From contig NW_003314458.1 in assembly GCF_000143415.4 (NCBI RefSeq), positions 8,822-72,821 on the forward strand: a stretch of 64,000 nt of DNA, written 5' to 3'. A model generated the notes under the pieces. The model saw nothing but the letters and a program-made list of their open reading frames with translations. It was not told the origin of the DNA and made no database searches. This document shows, piece by piece, positions 54,001-64,000 of the stretch (position 1 is its first letter; every line of letters starts with the position of its first letter). The DNA is from Selaginella moellendorffii (taxonomy: Eukaryota; Plantae; Lycopodiophyta). A program made the position numbers and the translations under genes.

Positions 54001-54897
54001 TTGTGAATATTCAGACACGAGGACTGAAAAGCGCACTGGTGGCGCGTCGAAGAAGGACAAACAGACAAGCAATAGGAAAAAAGGAGGTACAAATTATATT
54101 TGCAATGGCGTGTGGTCTCATGCCATTCCTTGCAGGAGACACTTCTTCAAAGGCAAAACAGGCAAGCACCAGTCAAGCTCAAACTGACAGTGGTCATAAA
54201 AAGCGAAAGCACGTTGGACAGTCGTCGGGATCAGAGGCGTTTGATTCGAAAAGGAAGAAGGGCAACGAAAAGATGATATAGGTAATGCCTCGCGGTTATG
54301 GCGTGTGTGCTCATGCCATTCATTGCAGATCAAGGGCTGAGTGAAAGGAGCCAGTCACCACCTCCTGACTCAGATTCCTATGGCAAACTCCCCTTCCCCA
54401 ATCTCAATGGAGAGGTACAATGGATGAGGGATGCTTTTCAAGTCAGGGCCACGTTTTTCTCATCTCGTCATCTTCGAAGGGTGCAAGAACGTGCAGAAAC
54501 CATGTTAAGACAGTCGGGTGAGGATAGGTCCTAGGTCAAGCACTGAAACAGGCTATGGATGTCTTGTATTTTGAGATGGAGACTCGGCCAGATGATTTTC
54601 CCAAGATGGTCCCTCCTCTTCTTCGTCCTCCTCTTCTTTGTCCTCCTCTTCGTCCTTCTGCTCTTCCTGCCCATTATCTTTCTCTGGCTCCTCATCCCCC
54701 TCCTGCATTTCTTCCATAGGCTGCTCAGGCTGCACCTCTACGGATGCAGGAGGACGAAGAAGAGGAGGACGAAGAGGACTTGGATGGTCCTCACAATGGT
54801 GACGATCACAATAACAACGATGATGATGATGACGACAATGGCCAGCCTGAGGTGGCCAAAGAGCAGCGGAGGAAGGTCATACAAGACAAACCATCAG
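51062..54897 (+). pseudogene. Second transposon gene: ParB/Srx-like domain, degenerate N6/N4-methyltransferase-like fold, Pro-rich and acidic tail; several TAG stops in this copy
   Basis: ATG|GTAAGT at 51062; one frame from 51304 to 53833 broken only by TAG at 51373, 53092 and 53512; GT-AG introns at 51065-51303, 52483-52536, 53834-53883, 53959-54014, 54087-54135 and 54282-54328; motifs HR..., FYAVSGQHS, SHAQN, CVMDFTN, NPKKAP, VVEYNCG...AALLKG. Confidence 0.7.
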
Positions 54898-57515
54898 GTA
54901 AATAATAGTACATCCATTCCTAACCTTTTACCATTTCTAACATTGTCCATGTAGGTCGCAGAAGAAATGGTAAGTAGAGATTATTCAGTTGAATTAAGAT
55001 ACAAACTCTAGCCTTTAGTGTCGAGGAAGGATAGTGCCAAGCAAGGGTTTAAATCCTGATAGTGTGGAGAGTGATGAAATTCCAAGATTATTGTATAGGC
55101 GTTGGAGGCAAAAAATAACAGTCTGAGATGGCATGTATTTATTTAAAAATGTAACTTATTATGGCATGGGGTTCCATGCCATTGTATTAATATTAAAAGA
55201 CAATTCTTTGAGAGGATTTGCATTATACTAGAAGTGTTACAGCATGTTATTGGAAGTCTACGAAGTTGTTTTATTAATAAGGGGAAAGTAAAGATTGAAT
55301 GGGGACTTGGGCTCCACCTAGACTCGGAGCAACTGAGCCAATATTAAAAGGATGGAAAGAAATTGGACGACGATGACAAGGAGAAGAGAGAGGTGAAGCA
55401 GTGGCAGGGGGAGGAGAAGTGATTGAGTAGACATTTCCTTGTTTAAAATAAAATGGCATGTGCCTCAATGCAGTTGAATTTTGTTATATTTATATACTAT
55501 ATAAAGGTTTGGAAACCTTATTTTACAAGTGGGATAATGACAATTCCCACTTTAACGAAATAGAGCTTTCTACATGTTATGGAGAAAGCTCCAATTCACA
55601 TGAGTGGTTGCACGCAAACCATTGTACCATTACAATGCCATCCTTTGAGACATGTGGGAAACTCATATCAATGCCAGGCATTATCAATCACCATAAAGTG
55701 ATCAAACCAATTATATGCATCATCCTCAAGATTCCCATTGAAGAATTTAGCCGAACGTGAGGATTGGCATCAAAGGCAAAAGAAGTTGCACCATACACCA
55801 TGAATATTACCATCAACTAAGTTTCATTATTCAATTGCAACCATATAATATCAAGCAATTGTATCAATTATTATTCTAGAGTCAAAAGAGGAAGATGCTT
55901 CTGCAAAGGAGGAGTATTCTATTCTGCCATAAAGATGAATGAAAATAAGAAAAACAAAAGAGAAGAAATGGAAAAACTACAAGAATAAGAGAGATCTAGA
56001 CAATGCAAAAACTACACAAGTTTAAGCACTTCTCAAGGAGAACAAAAATTACTTTTCACCTCCACCAATGGAATATAGAAGTGTATTCAATTAGCCCAAA
56101 AACTAGTTTATATACAGAAGTGAGTGGTCTGGATTAAAACTAATTCAATAGTTACTATGCTAATAATAGTAAACAACATCATATCCATAAAACAACAATA
56201 ATCCTTTGTAAATATTTCTAAATCTTATAAATTTATTAAGAAAAGAATAAAGATTTTATTTATCAATTAATCAAAGCACTCCTAAAAGATGTCAATCTCA
56301 ACCTTTAATAAAAGGTCTTCAATCTTTTTACTTTAATTTCTTCGAGACTGTTTGGAGGATAAAGATAAATAAGTAATCCCTAAATAAAACTTTTTCTATG
56401 CTTAATTTTATTAAAAGGCATTAAATCTGTTTTTAACACAATAACTCTTCAAATTCATGAAGTTAAATGCTCTTGATGTAGCTTGGAAATGGGACAATCC
56501 ATGCCATTAGAATCCCTCATGGCATTATTTTTCCATAATAGCCATGTTAATCATTGCAAACATGTGCTCTGAGAGAAAGCTTTTCATACAGCTATAACCT
56601 AGTGGCTAATCCAAAAGGAAACACATGGTTCTCAAAAGCATTTCTGAGATCTTTTTCTTTTTATTAATGAAAATAAACCTAGTGTTTATTTAAACTACTC
56701 AAATAGGGAGAGAATTCCACTTTGACACTGATTACTTTTAGCTCAAGTATATATAAATTTCTTTCTGCCATTGTTGGAGAAAAAATGTGTGTGTGTGTGT
56801 GTGTATGCTCAAGACAACCTTACAAGTGAATGGTAAATTAAGATATTGATAGTTTTCTCAATTTCTTATTACAAAACGAGTATTTGCCCAGCAAATGCTA
56901 TGGTGCTGCTCATGCACTGCGAGCAAGCAAAGCAGCCATGGAGCCCTAGGAGTGCATGGTGCAACACCTGTCACTACACCCTTGGCTGCCACAACATTGA
57001 GCCGATATTCGCACTAACCATGGCCACCAACCTTGGCCCTAGCCTAGGGTGGCCTCCCCTTCCTGAGAACCATGGCTTCAAAGGCTGCCTTGGGACCGGG
57101 ACCAGATGGCTGCAAGGTCTGGGCCCTTTGTTCTTATTATTATAGATGTTATTTCTAGATTGGCCACAAAGTACCCTTTACTATATATAAGTCCAACATA
57201 TACATACACAACCAAAGTTGCACAAGTAACCAACCAATAACAGAAACTTATTATTTCCCATATATGACTATTCTTTGCTGTAATCTAATGGTTCATATTC
57301 ACCCTATAACTTGCTTTTAAAAAATGAATCCATTATTGTGTTTATAACTAATGTTTCATCTTTGATCCATAACAATTTGTTGCTACAAATTATTAAACAT
57401 TTCTTAGATCCAACATATATTCTCTCTAATGCCATTCAGTGTCCCCACAAGTTTGTTCATGAATGTAATAAAAATTGTAGCTTAAGTAATTTATTATGCT
57501 TTGGTGTACTATCTC

Positions 57516-57542
57516 CCCCAGTGGAGCTGAGATCCCAGCTAG
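57516..57542 (+). mobile_element. Helitron-type 3' end (decayed hairpin plus CTAG|T)
   Basis: CCCAGTGGAGCTGAG..CCCAGCTAG|T, homologous to the reverse complement of 63908-63934. Confidence 0.6.
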
Positions 57543-57628
57543 TATTCATAAATAATATTTTTAAAATGGAATAAAAGATGCCAGATGCCAGATGCCATAT
57601 GCCAATAGCACTTTGAAATAAGGGAGTA

Positions 57629-57655
57629 CTAGCAAAAGTCCCAGCTACGCTGGGA
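57629..57655 (-). mobile_element. Helitron-type 3' end
   Basis: Minus strand TCCCAGC-GTA-GCTGGGA hairpin then CTTTTG CTAG|T. Confidence 0.72.
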
Positions 57656-60600
57656 GCATTGTGTTTATTTCTGATATTTTAATAATTTCAAAGAGTTGTA
57701 AGCGTATTTGTAATTTTTAACATAATCATAATTATAAGATATATAGTTAAACATAACATATTAAAAATATCTTCTACAATTGACTCCATCACCAACAAAC
57801 ATCATAACATAATAAATATAACTCCGTACATTATATTATATTTAAAATTCGGATTGTTGACTGAAGTCTTGGATATTCTATAAATGGAATTTCTCACTGT
57901 GGGATCCCATCACCAGATGAGTCATTTTTTATTAACCAATTTTTTTATTTGAAATCTCTATATAATTGATAAAAATCTTATTATTTGATGATTTATTAAA
58001 CTATATAATTTTTCCTCTTAATAAAGTATGTGTTACATAGGTACACTCAATTATAATGATGTTAAAAATATATTTAATATATATTTAAAAACCCACTTAA
58101 AGTGCATACATCTTTTAAATTTAAAAAATATAAACATTGTTATGGAGTTTCTCTTTTTATCATTTCAGACTGAAAGTTTTGGAATTGCATAATAATAAGT
58201 GAAAGACGTTAGCTTTATGTGTTATATATTCTTTTAAAAACTTTTAATATATTACATATTTATCATTGATATTCCCTTTTTACCTAATATTTATATTCAT
58301 GTATTTTGATAGTAATATTTAAAATAGAAAGTATTCTATTATATAATAAACATTATTTCTGTATTTAATTTTATAAATCTGAAATAATATTACTATTTAT
58401 TTATATTCATGTTTTTATATTTGAAATTAAGGCTTTATAACACTGTTATGAATGCTAAAACTTTATGATGATAAATGAATTGTAATGTTTTACTCTATAC
58501 TGGGGTAGAGTAGGGTTTGATGATATATAATCTTTTCTTTATGCTAGAGCTATAATATATCAGAAAATTCATGAATGGCATATAGATAGGTTTAATATCA
58601 TATAATTAAAATTCTGTATATGGTCCATGTACTAATGTTGTCTCAATCATATTTATACCTTATTATGTTTTTCATGTATAAATGCAATGTAGGATAAAGT
58701 GGTAGAAAATTTATGATATTATAGAAATATTAGACTACATCTTAGCCAACCATAAGTTTACTAATAAGAAAATATTTTACACAACAAATATCTAGAACTA
58801 TTAAATCCTCTATTTTAAGTTAGAAAATATCATATTTTTATAGAAATTATTATTTTTATATTCTAATTTAGATACTTTTTTTCTTTTATTATANNNNNNN
58901 NNNNNNNNNNNNNNNNNNNNNNNNNNNNNNNNNNNNNNNNNNNNNNNNNNNNNNNNNNNNNNNNNNNNNNNNNNNNNNNNNNNNNNNNNNNNNNNNNNNN
59001 NNNNNNNNNNNNNNNNNNNNNNNNNNNNNNNNNNNNNNNNNNNNNNNNNNNNNNNNNNNNNNNNNNNNNNNNNNNNNTATGTTTTTATATAGAGAGAATG
59101 CTAAATTGAATTAAGATTATTACCTTTATGTTTAATTTATTTTTATATAAATTTACATTGAGGCTAAAATCTTTCAATGAAAGTTATGTTTTTATCCTGA
59201 TATTATGGTATTGATGATTCATAATATTGTTTTTTTCCTAAAACCATAACATATCAGAAAATAAAAAGAAGGTCCATTGATTTCTTTATTAAAAATAAAA
59301 TTTTAAGTGATGAGGAATCACATTTTTTAAGATGGTAGCCTTTTGTATTTGTCTAATATTGTCTCAATGATATTTTATGTATCTGTTTTCCATGTATCAG
59401 TGCACAAATTATTAGTGTAAATAACAGACTTATTACACATTCATCAATGAATATACTCATGTTGAGTGGTCTATTAGCTTAGATATAGTCTCATATTTGT
59501 GCAATATCATAAAGTTAAAAATCATAAGATTATGATAAAAGTATAACTTATTTACAAGATATAATAGCTGGAGCTATTCAACTCTTCTATTTTAAGTTAT
59601 AAAATATATCATTTCTATAGTCACTACTTTATTTACTTTTAACTTTAGAGTATATCTTTTATTGTGTGTACTATATACCATCTTTGTAAAAAAATTATGT
59701 TTAATTTTAATAATGTAGCATTGAATTAATCAGATACTCTTTGTTCTATAAAGTTTTTATTCTATAGAAGAAAGAGTATATGATTGATTTGATAATACAT
59801 GTTTAAACATATTGAACATATTTTTTGTTTTAAATATATCGTACATAGTGACATAATAAAAAAATTCATCAATGAATACCATCTTTGTACAACTAAATGT
59901 TTAAAATCATTTGAACCTAGTGCATTATATTATCTTGGATCAGTTGTCTAATTGCCTTTTATATGTATTACAATATCACTTATGCCTCCTTGAAAATTTG
60001 TTAATTTTAACACTTCAATCTCTATTTCTTACAATATTGTGAATGCATTAGTATAGGGATTTATCTCTTTTAATANNNNNNNNNNNNNNNNNNNNNNNNN
60101 NNNNNNNNNNNNNNNNNNNNNNNNNNNNNNNNNNNNNNNNNNNNNNNNNNNNNNNNNNNNNNNNNNNNNNNNNNNNNNNNNNNNNNNNNNNNNNNNNNNN
60201 NNNNNNNNNNNNNNNNNNNNNNNNNNNNNNNNNNNNNNNNNNNNNNNNNNNNNNNNNNNNNNNNNNNNNNNNNNNNNNNNNNNNNNNNNNNNNNNNNNNN
60301 NNNNNNNNNNNNNNNNNNNNNNNNNNNNNNNNNNNNNNNNNNNNNNNNNNNNNNNNNNNNNNNNNNNNNNNTTCAACTCCCTCGTTTTCCTTTTCGTTCC
60401 ACTTGTTTTCATTCTGCATTTGTTCTCGGCAGCCACTGAAAATGTTTTCCAGCCATAGACATAAGAGATGTTGATGTCCGGAGAATACAAAAAAGAAAAA
60501 CGCAAGCAAATGAAGTTAGTAATGGTGAAGGAAAAATAGGAACTTACTGCTGGCATTTTCTTTTAAGCCACTTGAACTTTCTTCATGCCCAAGTTGTTCT

Positions 60601-60719
60601 CAAGGCCGGGAGCACTCCTTTTCACACCACTCCTTCACAGCTTGTCGGTCTTAATGCTGCAATTTTTGACAAATCCATGGGTGTTGCAGAACCTGATCGA
60701 ACCTGAACCTGATTGGTCC

Positions 60720-61115
60720 TTGCTTGTTTGCAGCAGAGGATCTCCTTTCTAAGATGTTGGCCGTGGATCCGAAACAGAGGTCGCCCCCTGTCACATGAGA
60801 TCAAATGCTTCCATTGGCTGGTATCCTCCCTTTCCCAGCGTCTTGTATAAAATTGCTCCTAGCCCCCACATTTCGATGGCTGCCATGTAGAGCTCCAATC
60901 CTTGTTCTCCACCACCTCAGCTGCCATGTACTTCGCTGTTGTGATATCTCCTAAAGGTGCTGATCACCACTTGTCATGCATGTTTAGCTTGGAAAGAATG
61001 TTGTCGAGCTTGAGATTCTGGTGAACCACGCCCCTCAAATAAATCTCTTTGAAGGTCTTTACCAGCTGCTTGATGATTCTGGCTGCTTTCTCCTCACGAA
61101 TCTTCTCGCAAATAT
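60720..61115 (-). pseudogene. Ser/Thr (CAMK-group-like) kinase fragment
   Basis: AARIIKQLV...GVVHQNLKLDNIL (decayed HRDLKxxNIL), YMAAEV, EMWGLGAILY; frameshifts, no N-lobe seen. Confidence 0.72.
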
Positions 61116-61936
61116 GCTATATTTAAAAGACCAAGTAATTATGGAATAACGCCTTAAGAAGGGAAGGCAAAATTTCCACCAACGAACACAACCACTGGAG
61201 GAAAAATGCCCGTGCCCTGTCCAAAAGGAGACTTGGACAACACCACAAAGTCAGCAAACTTTCCTGGCGTCAGCGACCCAACCAAATCCTCCAATGCAGC
61301 TGCATACACAGCCGAGGATGTGTACCTGTGAATCCAAAAACAAAAACTGCATTTCAGTTTCTCATCTGTTATCTCTTACCCTGCCACTACGTCCCATGCA
61401 GAAATCCTTTCCTCGGGATGACTCCAGCCTGAAGTGTTCTCTCCATGGCTGTGCGGATTCCTCCAAGTGGATTCACTGCTACCACCTTGAGACAAACCAT
61501 TCATGTAACGCATGTATTTGGCCAATCAGATCCTAGAGCAACCACACTACCGTTTCCGAGGAGGGAAATCATTGCACTTCACCAGTTTATACCCCTCTTT
61601 GTGGCAAGCCTGTAGCTTTTGCATTATAGAAGTGTAAAGTAGGGACCATGTATTAGCACCCACTCTGCAAAAGAGAGTCGATTAGGAAGGATTCTAGCAG
61701 TGTATCACCTTTTCACGTCCGTGTTCACAGAAGATTATAAAGAAGGTAAACTAACAAAAAAAAGCACATTACTAAAAAACAATCTTTTGTATTGTGTAGA
61801 CAAAGAAGAAACAACTGATAATCCAGAAGAACAAAAAAAAGGTGAGGCTGTGTAATAAAGACTTTGTGAAACTTTAATAATTATAGGAAGAGCAGGTATG
61901 GATATCCATGGTTTCTTTGAACTCCTCTTTGCTCGG

Positions 61937-63205
61937 TTAGCTTTTACTACGGCCTTTTGGACGTGCTGTGGTTTCCTCCTGTGATGCTTTCCTTCCTGGC
62001 ATTAGAGAGTAACTGAGGATGTAAGATTGCACTGCCTGAGCAAAGCCAGGCTTGTACGAGAAGAGCAGCCCACGGAAGAGCTTCCCATCGATGGAGGCTT
62101 CTAGCGTGTATCTGTAGTTGAATACGTCGCTTACTTTAGCCTCGAACATCTTCTCGCCTAGCGGCTGAACGTGAGCTTGAAACTCTGTAGCATGAGTTTG
62201 ACAGAGAAAATTTGGAGAGGTCCAAGGTTTTCTGCAGATACCTCCGTGAGATGAAACCAAGCTCTTGTCCGCATCCCGTTGCTTGTCTAGCACAAATGGC
62301 GTGGCACAATACTCTTGCCGCCTTCTCTTAAGTTCCTTACGCATGGGTAGCTTTGGTTCTGATGGATCTTTCTCCCTCAGCATCTTTTCACAGAAAAACG
62401 GCAACCATATTGTCAGCAGCAATGTCAATAAAAGAAGAAGCCAACCTGTGTCGAGGAAATACATGTCATCCAGAGCTTCAAACTCTTCGTTACATCCCCC
62501 ATAGAAGAATAATATGCCTCGCCCTGCGTTCACCAGCTCTTGGCATCAGCTCGGCACTAGTCGTCTTTACCTCCCGCCATGCCATTGTTTCTGGAAACAC
62601 AAATGAATTCGCAAGTTTAAAACCAGCACAATGTATGTACCTGTGTCCAGAATATGAATGTCGTATAGATAGGCATTACCACCGTTCTTGCCACCCATGA
62701 CAATGCAACAGTTCTTATTATGGATATCCCGAGGAATAGGTGAGACTCCAGTGGTAGAAATCTTCTTCCAGAAAAAAGTATCTACAGGAAAAAAAAGAGT
62801 TTAGAAGAAAACCAGGAAAGATAACAGGATATTACTCATGTTCAAAACATGGAGGTCGTTGTAGTACTCCTCCTCTGAGGGATCGCTGGATTTCCCACAT
62901 CCCCCAAACACTAACAGGTTGTCACCGATGAGAGATGTGCTATGTCCTTCTCTCGGAGCAGGAACATCACCAAAAACGTCGGGTTTCCCCCAGGTGTTGG
63001 TAGCTGCATTGGATGATAAGAACAAGAAAAAAAATTTGATAGAACTCGCTTACCAGTATCCAAAACAAAGAGATCATCTAGCGGGCTGGTTCCATCGGTA
63101 CCACCAAACACATAGAGCTTAGACCCGACGGCCGTGGGGCTGTGGCTGTCCCGAGGAGAAGGGTGCGTTCCTTTCATCACAGGCTTGCTCCAGATGTACG
63201 TCCCT
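61937..63205 (-). pseudogene. Kelch-repeat protein, multi-exon, apparently truncated and internally deleted
   Basis: PSPRDSHS...LYVFGG, PAPREGHS...LLVFGG, IVMGG, FFYGG repeats separated by approximately 50-bp introns; C-terminal FEAKVSDVFNYRYTLEASIDGKLFRGLLF; only about 4-5 partial blades. Confidence 0.75.
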
Positions 63206-63658
63206 GCACGATCCCAGCAAAACATGATCAAAACCATATTTCCAGTTGAATAGCGAAGAGCAAGAGAGTGAAAAACCTTGATTCTAGTCGTGGTTCCAGC
63301 CTCGAGAACCTGGAACAAACAGGGACTTGAGAGACTCGAAAAAAGAATGGCAACGAGCAAGAGAGTGAAGAACCTTGATTCTAGTCATCGATGACAACGT
63401 GAATCCCCTCATTTTCCGAGACGTCATCCCTGTCGTGCGCTCCATCAGAGCCTCTTCGCCTTTCACTCCCAATCCTCGTCGCATTTCCGAGCAGAGCACG
63501 TCGATCTACCAAATGCACCTGCGCAGGCGGATGCTGGCGGATTTGTTCCCCACGTAAGTCTGGAAGGCGTTGAGCCTGTTCTCGCTGATCATCGAGCACA
63601 ACTATGGCGACACAGAGAAAGCCGTGAGCCTCTCAAACCTTTGCAAACAGAGAAACAA

Positions 63659-63664
<6 letters not shown>

Positions 63665-63710
<46 letters not shown>
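63665..63710. repeat. (AG)n microsatellite
   Basis: Direct. Confidence 0.95.
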
Positions 63711-63713
<3 letters not shown>

Positions 63714-63907
63714 CTTCCCGCAAGCGATGATTGACGCTCTCTGCTCGTGCTCACGCGCCCTAAAAGAGAATTGAAATTTTTTATGATCCCAAAAGTCACG
63801 GCTCTCCATTGTTTAATCTCAGCCATTAGATTTTGGCATATGCCCAGAATAAGTGACGCCAGTATATGCTATTATTATACCGGCTCTTTTGTTTAAATAT
63901 ATGAGTA

Positions 63908-63934
63908 CTAGCAAGGACCCCAGCTCCGCTGGGA
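63908..63934 (-). mobile_element. Helitron-type 3' end
   Basis: Minus strand CCCAGC-GGA-GCTGGG hairpin then GTCCTTG CTAG|T. Confidence 0.72.
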
Positions 63935-64000
63935 GATATAGCATACCCAAGATAAATACATCTTCTTTTCTAATTTTACAGTGTTGATTCTAATTATAAA

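Larger units (their letters stand above)
43909..55568 (-). mobile_element. Complete 11,660-bp TIR DNA transposon (Sola-like, tentative) with two divergent genes
   Basis: TIRs ATGCTCTATTTCGTTAAAGTGGGA (43909-43932) and its complement at 55545-55568 (one mismatch); 4-bp TSD TCTA (43905-43908, 55569-55572); the same terminus is seen at 2432. Confidence 0.93.

Noticed and set aside
54553-54735. Minus-strand acidic ORF or local inversion in gene 2
   Set aside because: The plus strand reads in frame from the Pro-rich tract into the acidic tract, so no inversion is needed.
63284-63599. GC-rich ORF-like segment upstream of the Kelch fragment
   Set aside because: Could not assign any frame or family; left uncalled.

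Overview
Eukaryotic, transposon-dense plant DNA. Introns of about 50 bp, chromoviruses and a tRNA-iMet PBS suggest a compact non-seed-plant genome such as the lycophyte Selaginella (inference). Left half: nested insertions. A deleted copy of a TIR DNA transposon (1-2432) sits in a Ty3/gypsy chromovirus whose 3' LTR is split by a non-coding LARD-like LTR element; that element holds a nested sister copy and a recombinant duplication (5659-22842). Then come gag/protease remnants, a third non-coding LTR family carrying mini solo-LTRs and 5S-rRNA-bearing Cassandra-like inserts, and an integrase remnant. Right half: AT-rich DNA with Helitron-type 3' ends, kinase and Kelch gene fragments, and a complete 11.66-kb TIR transposon (43909-55568, 4-bp TSD TCTA). 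Best leads: (1) that transposon pairs a Sola-like DDD transposase with a divergent gene encoding a ParB-like domain fused to a degenerate beta-class N6/N4 DNA-methyltransferase fold, and carries about 25 copies of a 24-bp palindrome, many in its tiny introns, suggesting a self-recognition or anti-silencing system; (2) the chromovirus integrase is interrupted by two apparent spliceosomal introns whose removal restores conserved motifs and frame. All domain calls are by eye and need HMM or structure confirmation.
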